From: Vicugna vicugna
Lineage: Eukaryota
Length of the DNA stretch: 64,000 bases
Assembly (NCBI GenBank): GCA_013265495.1
Contig: MU058824.1
Location: 5,467,515 to 5,531,514 of the forward strand
Direction: 5' to 3'
A model generated the notes under the pieces. It saw only the letters and a list, made by a program, of their open reading frames with translations, searched no databases and was not told the origin of the DNA. The position numbers and the translations under genes are program-made. Every line of letters starts with the position of its first letter. Positions within the stretch are counted from its first letter, which is position 1. This document shows, piece after piece, positions 10,808-22,760 of the stretch.

Positions 10808-11258
10808 CCCAAAGAAAACCAGAGTTGGACGATAGTTAAAGCACAGAAACAGATTTTACTCAGGAATGACTGCAGTCGAGGAAAAGAGACCTCAGTTTAG
10901 CGCTGGGCTCAGTTCCAAGGACAGCGTGGACAAGATAGGATTTACAGCTGAGGAGCAGGGTCGGGGACGATGGATGGAAAATTGCTAAGAGGAAACATCA
11001 GGAGGAAGGGGCATTGTGGCTAAATAGACTGAACAGGATTCTTGCTGAAGGCTGGCCAGGTGGTCAGGGACCAAGGGTGGGGGATGCGGAATTTGGTCAG
11101 ATACTGAGGGTTGTCAGGTATGGAGGGTGGGGATTCTTTCTAAACTGACTTAAAATTCTTCCTAAAACTGGGCCATGCGGGTCTGACGAAGATGGACATT
11201 GAAGGTTGAAGCCTGGAGCCTTAGAGGAGCCTGGCAGTGAAGGAGAGAGCCTCTGACA
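10808..11258 (-). mobile_element. ERV1 solo LTR, MER31-like
   Basis: The antisense strand starts tgtcagaggctctctcctt...ccaggctcctctaagg, contains 'agcaagaatcctgttcagtc' and 'cctgatgtttcctcttagcaattttccatcc', and ends 'taaaatctgtttctgtgctttaactatcgtccaactctggttttctttg'. Confidence 0.7.
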
Positions 11259-14200
11259 CTCAAAACACACACAGAGCTGGGGGGCTGGGGAAGGCATGTA
11301 CAGAGAATGGGCAGGACTAGCTGAAAGCCACAGGTCATACAGGAGGGGGCCAGGCAGACTCTTGGCTGACAGGAGACTTTCCTCAGGCAAAAGCTTCCTC
11401 CAGAAAATGTCATTATCAGGGCAGGTTGGAGGTAAAACGGTACATTCTCTGCCCAACCTGATAATGAAGGATGAGGAATTTGGAAACCCAAGTGCTTGTT
11501 GGATCCTTCATCTGGCGGCATGAGACAGTCACTGAATGGTCCTGGGAGGAAAAAAAAAAAAAGAGAATTAACATTGACCTCTAGTAGCAGGGAGTTGGTT
11601 ACATATTTAGCAAATAATGCAGAATGTGACAAGTATTGGAATGGGGGGTCAGTACAAAGTGTCTTGGGAAACAGACCGAATGTGACTAGTATTTACAGTA
11701 ATGTACATCTGGGTTTGTCACAGAGAACTTGGTTTTTATGCCTGTTGTCCCAGCATAATAACTGGGCCTCTTAAGTATCCTAGTTGGAGGTCGAATGAAC
11801 CAGTGGTATTAGCAGGCAGGAGAGTGATTACCCTGGCTGTGAGATGGAGCAGGACGGGGTCCCAGGGAGGGGGTTCTGTTCTGATTTTAATCTGGGTGCA
11901 GGTTCCACAGGAGTAGTCACTGTGCACATATGACCGGTGCTCTTCTCTATGTGTGTTATATGCATCAGTCAAAAGATTTTTGGAAGTTTCCCAGTTGGGA
12001 AATGCCGTAAATGCTCTGCCCATTACTTCCTCAAATTCCATACTCCTCACCCAGATAAGATCTTTAGCTAAAAGGAGGAGGGCGTATACATCTTAGCTTG
12101 CAGTATTTTTAGCTCAGTTTAGCTGACAAAGTAGAACTATCTGCTCCTTGATCAGGGTCCCAAAGACTGAGAAAAATTGCAAAGGGAACTGCGTGAGAAG
12201 GAAAGGGAGCGGAGGAGATCCTGCCATGACCGCTCAGACTCCATCCTGGGCTCCAGGTGCGAAGACCTGCCATTCTGCCCAGGGAGCCTCTGTTGCTGCC
12301 CTCTCAGTCCCAGAGATGCTAATGTTTGGATTTTTTTTCCCCTCAAATTCATGGCAATGTAATTCACTGAGTTTCTTATGTAAGCTGAATTGAGCAATTA
12401 CTGTTCCATTTTTGCTTTAATAATGAGACGTAGAGAAAGTATTGGATTTTCTCCCTGGGGTTGCAGCAGTTGAATGCTCACTGTGGATTCTGTGTGGGGC
12501 GGGTTTGATGGCTGCAGAGGGGGTGGGAGAGGCCAGCAACACATCTCAGGGTGACAGACGTAATTCAACATGAAAAATCTGAGTGTTTGGCAGCTTCTCT
12601 GAGGAGTGCGCCCTTTGTTTTCCTTCTCCGGATTCCAGTGGTCTTTCCCAGCCAGAGAAGACAATTCCCTAATGCTGTCCTAAAGTAGAGTGAGGGCTGA
12701 CCTGCAGCTAAATTAGCAAGAGAGTGGGCTCCACTGGCTGGGAGAATGGAATGCCAACTGGGCACTCTCAAATGGCAACCCCGCACGAGAAGGTTAGTGC
12801 AGGAGTGGATTTATGCCTTGCACTTTTTTTTTTCCTGAAAGTGAATTTTAGGACTGTTTTATATTATTCTGAGTGACCAGATATCAGGCACAATTTGAAT
12901 GGAACTGGAAGGGATTAGAATATTTGTAGCAAGATTGAGTACCCGAAGTATTTATCTAGTCAATTCATATGACATGGGTCCCCAGACTAAGTAGAAACAA
13001 TTACGAAGCTTCAAAAGATTTTTCCTCCCCAATTAGAAGCTGAGGATGATGAATCTTTCCTGATGGTATTTTAATATTGCTGTTTACTCATTGCGACCAC
13101 TGGCCCGAGTTAAAGCTGGAAAAGACAGGGTTATAATGAATCAGAGTAGGAGGAATAAGCCAGAGATGCTGTGAATGGAAACATTTTGTGCCAAACTCTT
13201 TTGGAAGCAGGACTGCTAGAAGCTGACCCTGTTCTCACCACCCCCTTCTCTCACTGTGCTGACTCTTGGACTTAAGTTTGGCTCTCCTGACTCACCCTTG
13301 AAAACCCAGCCAGGATGCTGCCTCCTCCAAGAGTCTGCTTGGACCCCTCCAGTAGAGGCTGAGTGGATCTCTGATATATTCCTGTGAACCCTGGCTTCCC
13401 TTCTGCGGATCCCTCATGACGCATCTGTCTCTTCCATTAGAACAGGGATATCACTGGACACCCACGGCAGAATTTGGAATAGGTATTCAATTCATAGAAG
13501 TACATTTCCTTTCATTAGGCAATTGCCACAGTCTGAAATGTTTCTGCAGTAAGATATTTGGTTATCGTGTTACATGTCTCTGGTTACACACTCACAGTTC
13601 AAGTCCTAGTTAAGTATGTGCCAATACTGGTGCAGACAGTCGTCTGTACTCTGTTAGTTTGAGCCATATGGAATTGCTAGTAATTGACTGTCATTGGTGT
13701 AGAAAAACGGCAATTCCGTGTGGCTCAACCTATGGCTTTGCTCTTTGCGTTAATTCTAATTGGAAAAGATGTGCTTTCCTTCATACGGATTTTAGTTGAG
13801 TTTTGCCAAATGTGTACAAGCATCTGCATACTTTTCTTTTTAAGGCAAGCTCAGAAGTTGTTGAGCTTTCGCCACCCCTAATTGATGATACGTGACTGTC
13901 TGATATTGACAGCGATAGCTGATGCTGGCTGGTGTTGGTGCTGGAGAGGTGAGTGACTTGGTGGAGGGAAGCTGGGATCCTGCCTAAACCCTGGTGTCTG
14001 TGTCACGCTAAGCACCATGACCTTTCTGCCTAGGAGATGCCTCCTGGCAGATGGTAGTGAGAGAAAGGGCAGGGTTGGCATTAATTAAGTAAAACAACTA
14101 GGTCTGAATAATTTGAGAGGAGAACATTATGTGTTGCTTTTGGTGGTAATGGGGACTTTTCTTTTTGGTGCAGAAGAGCTTTGCTTTTGCAGAATTTCTG

Positions 14201-16191
14201 TCATCCCATAGTTTATACACAGCAAAGAAATTTTCATATGTTGGAGAAAAACTTTCTGTTTTGGAAGTGGAAGAGATTAATGTGCCCTTAAAGGAGGGAT
14301 AATGACCAAGTACAAGTAACTTTGTGAAGAAGAGAGGGTCAGAGAAGTAGGGGTAGATGAGCTCAGGAATTAACATCTCCGACACTCTGCTTTTTTGGGG
14401 TACAGCAATCTGATTCTGTGATCAGTAGCTTGTGAAATGATCTCTTCTAGATGAACTGGCATGGAGCAGAGTGGTAGGTAGGAAGGGTGTGTCCACAGCT
14501 ACACTTTCCACTGTAGGGAAAGCAAAGATGTGGCAGGAGGGTAGCACTGCCTCTCCCAGTCAGACATCACTAATCAGTGGCAGCACTCCTTCCCGTTGAG
14601 CCTGAGCACAGACATGACCTCAGAGTTCTTCTCAACACGGAGCTTGGGTAGCCTCTATGATGAAACCTATTTACCATTCCTGCCAACATCCTGAACAAAC
14701 TCTGGGAAAAAAAAATATGGCAAACAGACAAACTGGCTGGCTCAATAGCTGAATAGCTTATCAGTTAAAAATGAATTCAAATGAATTCCTCATAGTCTTT
14801 CTCCTTATTAGTGATGTCCTTGCAAGTGCTATGTTTGACATCCTGTGTACTGTAGGATTTGCAATTTATTTTTATCTGCTTTTCATGTGAACCTAAGAAT
14901 GTAAGATAGAAGAGCACTGAACGATACTCACTTGGAATTTCTTCAAAAGATATTCACAGAACTTTTATCTTCAATGTTTTGAGGATGAGATCTATCTCTT
15001 AATAGTCGTTTTTTTTTGTTTGAATCCCAAATACTTGTAGTTATAATTAAATTCTTTTCAAATTTTATCATCCGTTTCCTTATGAGCAAGAAGGACATTG
15101 CCTTGATAAATATTTAAGAATTGGCTATTGAGACTGAACATTTAAAACACACATTTTTCTGAGTCTATATTTGTAATTGCTCTGTGTACTATTTTATTTT
15201 TTTTCTGCTCAGAATAGGTCTGTATGGGATTATTTCCTTCTCATTTAATTGTTGAATTCTTCCCATCCAACTTCCAATATTTGGAAATCAACATTAATTA
15301 CTAATTCTGGGTGCCCTGCTTTAATGGAAACCAATGGAAAACTAAATATACTTTAAATTGATTATATTGTATGAAACATCTTCTCTTTTTCTCTTTGGTG
15401 CATCATACAGTTGGCCTCAAAATGCATCCATTGCAAGCAGCCAAGCCCTCTCCAGCGTAATTATTAGCCGTGCCTTGAACTCAGGTGGCCAACACCAAAC
15501 ACAAACTATCCAAAATGGAGAAGCAGCTGACTGTTTAGCTCCAAGGTCTTTGTTGGCTAAAGCCAAACTATTTTTATGTTCTTTTTCCTCCGTGTTTGAA
15601 GGAACTCCAGAAATGTTGGTGTATGCAGAACAGAAGAGGTGAGAAAGGGCCTTTCCTGCGCTCTGTTTCGTCCTTCTGAAGTGTTCTTTTAGAACTCAAC
15701 ACATGGCATGTGTCCCCTCATTCTGTTCTATGAAGTTGCCATCTCTTAGACCACACTGTCTATGAAAGGCATCACAGGGGCTTGTGAGTTTTGTAGCCCC
15801 TGAATGTCTGGCTCACATGTTCCCCTTTGTTCAGGCACGCTTTACAGCAATTGAGGCAAACATTGGACTCACCTGGGGGCTCTGTGGTCCATCTTAAGGC
15901 TCACACAGGCACTTACATGGAACAAGTGCACACTTGTGATTTTGGTTGTGATGCTTTCACAGCAACTCTTTGTCTAAAAAAGGTCATATGATTTAACGTT
16001 TCTTTTTGGCCCGCTAGAATTTTTATTTACCGTACTGGTATGCTTTGATGTTCAGGCAACTTGTGGCAAAGGGAAGATGTAGCACAAAACGGAAGTCCCA
16101 CTGTTTCGCATCTCTCGTGCCTCCAGGTACTTTGTTTAGTGGAATTGTATTTCCAAGTCATTCTCACAAATGGATCTGTTGTTGTCTAAGG

Positions 16192-16711
16192 CTGCACTTC
16201 CCAATAGAAACATAATGTGAGCCAAATATGTGATTAAAATTTTCCTAGTGGCCACAGTGAAAAAGTAGAAAGTTATACTCCATTTAAAGTTATTTTAAAA
16301 TAGGGGCTGTAATTCCCTGTGCTGTACAATATATTCTTGTTGCTTATCTATTTTATGCATAAATAATCCTATAACTTATAAAAATACTGAATCACTCTGC
16401 TGTACACCTGAAGCTAATATAATAGTGTACATCTACTCTACTCAATAAATAAAAAGTAAAAAAAAAACACATGAAATTAATATATTTGGTTTAACTCAAT
16501 ATATCTAACATGTAATCAATATAACATGTTAATCAACAAAAAACAATCGACATATAGCCTATATAAAACTTACTGAGATATTTTACATTCTTTCATACTG
16601 CCTTCAAAATCTGGTGTGTGTCTTACACGTACAGCACTTAATTTAGACTGGCCACATTTCGTATGCTCAATGGCCACATGTGGCTAGTGGCTACCACACT
16701 GAAGCATGTAG
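16192..16711 (+). mobile_element. MER33 (hAT-Charlie) DNA transposon, split by an L1 insertion
   Basis: The left arm 'ccaatagaaacataatgtgagccaaatatgtga...tttcctagtggccaca' and right arm 'atgaaattaa...aaatctggtgtgtgtcttacacgtacagcac...gccacatgtggctagtggctacc' match MER33. Confidence 0.8.
16272..16450 (+). mobile_element. Short 5'-inverted L1 3' end (twin-priming product)
   Basis: 16272-16362 is antisense L1 3' UTR (reverse complement ...tgtacagcacagggaattacagcc...taactttaaatggagtataac). 16363-16450 is the immediately downstream sense segment (ataatcctataac...gaatcactctgctgtacacctgaagctaatataa...ctcaataaat). The TSD is aaaaagtagaaa (16260-16271) / aaaaagtaaaaa (16451-16462). Confidence 0.8.
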
Positions 16712-16884
16712 AATACTGATATATACTCAACTCGTAGTTGTCAATAGCAGTAATAACCTAGGGGAGCATGGAGTGATGAAATCCAGACATAATTAAGGTT
16801 TTAAACCTAGTCTTCCCAAGGACTAGGAAGGATCATGTCGTGTCTTATAGTCGTATTTTAATTATTGGCCTAATTAAAATTAAT

Positions 16885-17105
16885 TACTTGTATTATATGG
16901 TGCTTTTTACTTTTTCAAAGTTTTTTCACATACCTTTTTTCATTTGCTGCTCTTAATAACCTTGTGAAATTGGGGGTGCAAATGGTGATTGTCATTTTAC
17001 TCTTTTGAGATGAGGATACTGAAGCACAGCTAAATGGTGACTTCACTTGTATGACAATGACAGTGACCATTTATGTGACACTAGAACCTGTGACTTCTGA
17101 TCTTT
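16885..17105 (-). mobile_element. Old MIR-family SINE fragment
   Basis: 'tcttaataaccttgtgaa...cattttac...gatgaggatactgaagcacag...ctagaacctgtgacttctga' resembles antisense MIR. Confidence 0.5.
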
Positions 17106-17244
17106 CTTTCTGGTAAAGGTGCTAAAATTGTGGAACTTCCTAAAGAAGAACCTGGAAGTTTGTTGTTTGGATGATATACTCTTGAATGAATGAAAGCTGT
17201 CATTTACTAACAGGAGTCTGTGGTTTAATTACACTCATGAGTCT

Positions 17245-17480
17245 CATTGGTAGCATGTCTGCGAGCATCAGGCACTCTTCCAAGAACTTTACATGTGCCA
17301 ATTTATTTGAACCTCTCGACAACCCTGAGTAGATACCATTATTAGCCCCATCTCATAAATAAGGAAACCAAGGCACGGAGAGGTTAAGTAATTTACCTGA
17401 AGTCACACAGCCAAGAAGTGGCAGAGTTTGAATCAAAACCCAGACTGACCTTGTTCCAGAGCAGTGTCCAGAACCACTGT
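17245..17480 (-). mobile_element. MIR SINE
   Basis: 'ccccatctcataaataaggaaaccaaggcacggagaggttaagtaatttacctgaagtcacacagccaagaagtggcagag' is the antisense MIR core. Confidence 0.8.
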
Positions 17481-18278
17481 GTTGTTCCATTGCAATGTCT
17501 TATCTAGGATTAAGGAATTCAGGGTCCCAAGTTTTTCTCTAAAAAAACAAAGAAAATTTGTGTTTGGAACACAATGGACTGAAACATACTATCCAATGGT
17601 GGTCTTCCCCAGATCGCCTGCTGTCCAATTCCTCCCTCCTTTCCAGGACTGTCTGTAATAACAAAATGTGATTCATATAGTGGAATATAAGGTTAAGGAG
17701 TTTTCCTTTAATGCTCTTTTCCCACTAATTTATTGTTTTTAACCTTTTATTTAACTCATGTCATTGAGTAATAGAATTGTGGTCCGGGTTGGAGTTCTAT
17801 TTTTCTGATACTTGAAAGATGAGCAGAGGATAGGAGTGTTATTCAAGGGTGTTAGCAGCTGGTGGTCAGTCATTAGTCCTGGGCAGGGACCAGTTTGCAG
17901 GTAGGGTCAGGAGCAGGGGCTGAAGTTTATATTTTTAAAAGAAGACCATACTTGGCATTTATTTTTTTTTGTTTTTATATCCTTCTAGAACAACATTGTT
18001 TTTCTTTTTTAATTTCAGAAGTTATAATTTCAGAAGTTCTTGCCTTAAGAAATTTATAGGAATAGAGTTCATTATAAAGAAAATAAAATCACCGGTACTG
18101 CCACCTCTCAGAGATAACTTTGATTAACATTGTGAGTGTATTTCCTTTACAGATCTGTCTACCTCCTGTCTGTCTATGTATCTACTGATCTATCTGTCCA
18201 TATCCTTCATGTCATATTATACCCTTTTTCACTTAATATTTTGCTATATATATCACTATCTTGTGATATCATTGAGAA

Positions 18279-19565
18279 TTTTTCATTAAGGAGACTTGTT
18301 TATTGAAGAGTCAGTTTTTTGGGGTCTACATGTGACGCGGTTTCAGCTTCCCAGTCACTGTTTTCAACTTACATTCCTTTCCTCCTGGGGTGTTGGCTCT
18401 TAATGACATCCGGCTCAGATTCTCCAACTTTCCCGTTGCTTTCTCCTTCTACAGCAGTCCTGGTTTTGGATCTTTAAGGGGGAGTGAGTCCTGTTCATTT
18501 TAATACTTGGAGTCTCAAAGCCTGGCTTATTTCATCTCAGAACAGGATAGCTTTTTGACTTGATGCTGGGGGCAGGAGGTGGGGAGAATGATGGGCTTTC
18601 ATCATTTTCCCTCCTGGTTCTCAGTCTGTCACCTCCGGTACTGGGGGCAGGGAGTAACTGGTCTCAGGTATGTGGGTGGGGGGCTATATGTGGCTTCCTT
18701 GGGGTAGTGGTCAGCTTCATTGCGACCCCCTGCATCCTGGGGGCCGCCTTAGAGGGACAGCTGTGTTTAGCTTCTGCATGGGCCTGTGAGCCATTCAGGA
18801 CTCTGGTACCTTCTCTTGGATAAGCCTCTTATCTCCCAAGAGTCCAATCCCTCCCCAAAGCTTGACCCCCTTCATGAGGAGCCCTGGGAATTGCAGAGGG
18901 TGACTCCTGCATACTCCAAGGCCACAGGGAACGGCATGTGGTGGACCTGCCCTGCTGGCTTCCCTGAAAAGTTGCACCTTGGGCCCTTCAAGCTTTAAAG
19001 TGTTGGCTCCCCTAGGGGGCACCCCCTCCTTCAGAAATCTCCCCACCAGATGGGGCACCACTTCCTGTGCCTGTCATGTCCAGAGTGTAAGAGGGCAAAC
19101 ATCAGACACTCCCACTAATTCTCACTAGCACTGGATTGGGTGCAGGCTGCTGCACCTCGGCAAGCTTCCTCAGGGAAGCAAGATTCTTCTCCCTCTTTCA
19201 GTATATCCTGCAGCCCTTACAGGCCTTTCTTTGTGCTTCCTCTCTTGGTTTTGGGGATGAAGAAGTCTCCCACAGGAGGAGTTGAGAGAGCGTCTCAGCA
19301 TGAACTCAGCACCTCTCCAAGGGCTCAGGATGACTCCCAGCCTCTGCAGGGTCTTCAGAGAGACATTGGGAAGGGAGAGGTTGGGAGGAGAAGGGCTGAT
19401 TTTGCTGCCTTCGAATAAATCAAAGGAGATGATGTCTGACCTCTGACTTTATGTGGCTGCTCTGTGGTCCCTTTAGAATATCAGGGTGTATCGTACCTTC
19501 GGTTTTCAGTCATAGGCATGGTCACCAACTTGAGCACTGGAACCAGCGCCAACCTGGCACATGGA
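18279..19565 (-). pseudogene. Candidate processed pseudogene / retrocopy of an unidentified mRNA
   Basis: A GC-richer block of about 1.28 kb with sharp edges inside an AT-rich L1ME. Minus-strand AATAAA (18299-18304) lies 15 nt before a short A-run (T5 at 18279-18283). It matches no repeat I recognise, I could not identify the parent gene, and there is no clear TSD. Confidence 0.5.
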
Positions 19566-19610
19566 CATTCGTTTTTATTACTGCATATGAATTTATGCAT
19601 ATAGCCTAAC

Positions 19611-20023
19611 TGTCTTACCTTGGGCTCTCCAGCTTGAGACAAGGACTTGGTAGTTTATTTGGAGCCAACCCCAGCCACCACTATTGATTAATGGGGAAAG
19701 TGAGGCAGGAAAGGGAGCAGTACATTAGTGAGAGGTTTACTACAGGATCATCGAGGGTACACTCCCACTGGAGGCCCACTGAGACACCACGTGGTACATC
19801 CATGGTCTCTCATCCCGCATTTCTTGAAGTGACCCCTGGGAGCGTTGACTCCTGGCCCTTCTGTGGTGCCAAAGACAGCCCTCAGATGAAAAGGAAAACA
19901 CACGGGCACCCACAAGAGGAAGCTGCTAGCATGCTGGGAGTTCTGGAGCAACAGCTGCTGAACTCAGTGGGAGGGGTGGGCAGGGGACTTGGAGCAGGAC
20001 CCTAGGGTAGACAGTCAGCTACA
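19611..20023 (-). mobile_element. ERVL solo LTR (LTR16-like)
   Basis: TG...CA termini (tgtcttacc...gctaca), 5-bp TSD ctaac (19606-19610) / ctaat (20024-20028), and the motif 'tgagacaaggacttggtagtttatttggag'. Confidence 0.65.
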
Positions 20024-20577
20024 CTAATTTAGTGAATCACTCCCGTGATATTTAAGTTGTAACCTTTTAATTTTGCTGTTATGAATCATACTGTACTGAG
20101 TAGATGTATTTTTATGTATGTCTTTGTTTATTTAGAGTATGTTCTTAGATGTTTAATTATTTAGTCAAATAGCGTGGCATTTTGAGTTTATTGATACATC
20201 TTGGGGCAACTTAGCTTACGGACTCAAACTTACTGCTAGTAAGAGCGAATTAAAAAAAAATTCCTCAGGCAGCCCTACTCCTGTATTCTGGGAGGTTTTG
20301 GGAACACTGCCTCATGTTGCATCTGTAGACCCTTGGTTGGAGTAAGTACTACGGCTTTGACAGACGCCCCTGTCCAACTGCAGAGGTTAAGCCTACGTGT
20401 GTGCAATATATTTCTCAGAAGGGAGTTCACTTTCATCATTGGATTCTCCCTTAGCTCTTACCCAGTCTCCAAAGAGTATTTGTAGAAAATGATGCACATG
20501 GGTGACACTGAAGGATAGGACTGGGAGAAATTAAAAGTTTAAGAGGCAGCTCTTAGTAGAGGAAAAAAAGGAAAATC

Positions 20578-20700
20578 TTCAGCAACAGTTAATTGAGCAC
20601 TCACTGCATGTGAGGCACTGTACGTGGGTATTTGGGAAATGCCAAGGTTGGGAAGCATACTCTTGACGCTTGAAGAGCATCTAACCCAGCTGAAGGCATT
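20578..20700 (-). mobile_element. L2 3' fragment
   Basis: 'ttcagcaacagttaattgagcactcactgcatgtgaggcactgt' is the antisense L2 3' end. Confidence 0.55.
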
Positions 20701-20926
20701 ACTGGATCGTTCTGTTATAGAAGGTCATATGAGTTGGAGATCATTTGACTGGAACATCTTAAGAAAGATGCTTTGCAAAAAGTGACATGCAGCGCCTGCA
20801 GGTGTCTGGTAGGTCTCTTGTTAACAGACGAGGAATCGAGGCTAGGAGATCTTTAAGGTAAAAAATGCTAGAGAAATGCTTAGGAAGAGCAGCTCAAAAA
20901 CTGCCGAGCTCATCTTGGCAAGCGTC

Positions 20927-20948
20927 TTTTTTTTTTTTTTTTTTTTTT
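20927..20948. repeat. Poly-T tract (22 nt)
   Basis: Direct reading. Confidence 0.9.
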
Positions 20949-22514
20949 GCTGAGTCCCCTAATTGCAGTTCTGCTTCATTATGGATATTAATGATCCAGC
21001 ATCTCTAACTGTTAGGAAATGAACTGAGCTGGAATTATGGTCCATAAGCATGATACATTTTTAAATAGATTCAAATGATAATTAGGATATGCATGCACAT
21101 TGGGATCTGAGACGAAAGGCAAGCCTTTCAGCTTTATGAATTAGCTGAAATTATTTTAGCTGAAATTAAACCTAGAGTTTGCAAGGCAGCCTGTCTTTCT
21201 CACTCTTCCAGGCTGTCATAGCCATACCAGTTGCACTAGGTGTCACTGTGTGAACTTCTACTGAACGCAAGATAAAATAGAAAAGGAAAAGGGAAGAAAG
21301 GTGAGAGTATTTTAATCTGGTGAGACTATTTTATATTAAGCATTCCTCTCCTCATTTATTTCTTCTTAGCACTCACTATTTTAAAGACTGTAGAACACAT
21401 GCCTATACACATTTTTGAATGGCTAGGTTGTCAACTAAGAATTTTTCTCTGACTTTGGAAATTCTTGTCTCTTTAGGATACATAAAAACAGCCCTGTTTA
21501 CCCATATGTTCAGAAGCCTAGTAGAAAAAGACATGGGATTTTATTTTTTAAAAATTAAGCCTTGAATGTCTTGTTCTGTGTCTTATTGTATCATTTGCAC
21601 AGAATTTCATCTTATGGGCATTTTCTGCTTTTAGAGGAAAGAAAAAGGATAGTAATGGAAAAGGACAGTTAAAGAACAGGGTAGTAATGATACAATGAGT
21701 TAAAGTATTTTGACTTTAAGACTCCCCAAATGAAAACTCATTTTCAAATATTTTATTTCATTTGCAACTTTTCCTTCCCTCCAACCCATCCCATGCTAAC
21801 ATAAGTGAAAATTTTATGGTCCTTTGGCTGTGGTCTGATATTTGTAACATACAGTGTCATCTCATACCCCAGTGCCTAACCTCAAAGAAGAGAGATCTTT
21901 AGTCTATGCAATAATCCCATAATTGGAAGACATGCTTGGGTCCGTGTAAAGACCAGCACCACTCATGCTTTGTATGAAGGCTGTGGGCTGTTTAAACTCG
22001 GTGCCGCTGAAGAAGAAACACAGCACACCCCTAAACACACCATAAATACTGCTGTCCCTTAAGACTGTACGATTTTTTCCTTTGCCTAAAAGCCTGGAAT
22101 CTTTTATTCTCTGTTAAGTAACTCAGTAGCATCTTTCCTTAAAAATATATGGCCCATAATCAATTAGGGCCTGGAGAGACTGTTATTTTATATTTTGTGC
22201 AATGCCTACAGCATTTTGTGGTGCCAATAAATATTTTATAACAAAAGCTGCACGCCAGCTATATAGTATGTCAGAGATAACCTTTACTTTCAGGCAAATG
22301 CTGGGTCTCCACCTCAGTTTTTGGACACCTGTGGCTTGCATGGTCTTCATTTCTCTAAAAATTGTGACACGTGGGAGTCCTCAACCTTTTTCTGAGTCAG
22401 ATGACATTCTGTAGAGCTAATCAGTACATGTGTGATGCAAAACTGTAGAGTTCAGACAGGTTTTGGAAACAGAAGTGAAGCTTTAATTTAGGGGGGTACT
22501 CTTGATGGCTTTTA

Positions 22515-22760
22515 TAATAATAATTGTAGCGAACACTTAACTAGCATTATCTCTGTATTGTTCTACACACTTTCTATATGTTGACCAATTAATCCTCACA
22601 GCAAACCATTGAAGTAGGAACTATTACTATCCCCATTTTGCAGTGGTGGCACAGAGAAGTTAGGTTACTTCTCTATGCCATGTGTCATGCAGCTGGCAGG
22701 TGGCAGAGCTGGGGATTTAGATCCAAAGGGTTGGGGTCTGGAGATTCTGATCTTTCAGAA
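22515..22760 (-). mobile_element. MIR SINE
   Basis: 'aatcctcacagcaaaccattgaagtaggaactattactatccccattttgcag...gcacagagaagttagg...tggcagagctggggattt'. Confidence 0.8.

Larger units (their letters stand above)
18030..20200 (-). mobile_element. Old L1ME 3' fragment in three pieces (18030-18278, 19566-19610, 20024-20200) separated by two insertions
   Basis: 'ccacctctcagagataactttgattaacatt...ttttcacttaatat', then 'gtttttattactgcatatga', then 'taatttagtgaatcactccc..gatatttaagttgt...ttttgctgttatgaat' occur in the order of the antisense L1ME 3' UTR. Confidence 0.55.

Noticed and set aside
11097..11632. 119-aa and 156-aa minus-strand ORFs
   Set aside because: They partly overlap an ERV1 LTR and show no gag/pol/env or cellular similarity that I recognise.
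16056..16126. Possible 71-nt exon (ttcag | … ccag | gtactt)
   Set aside because: Weak polypyrimidine tract and donor, and the peptides are unrecognised.
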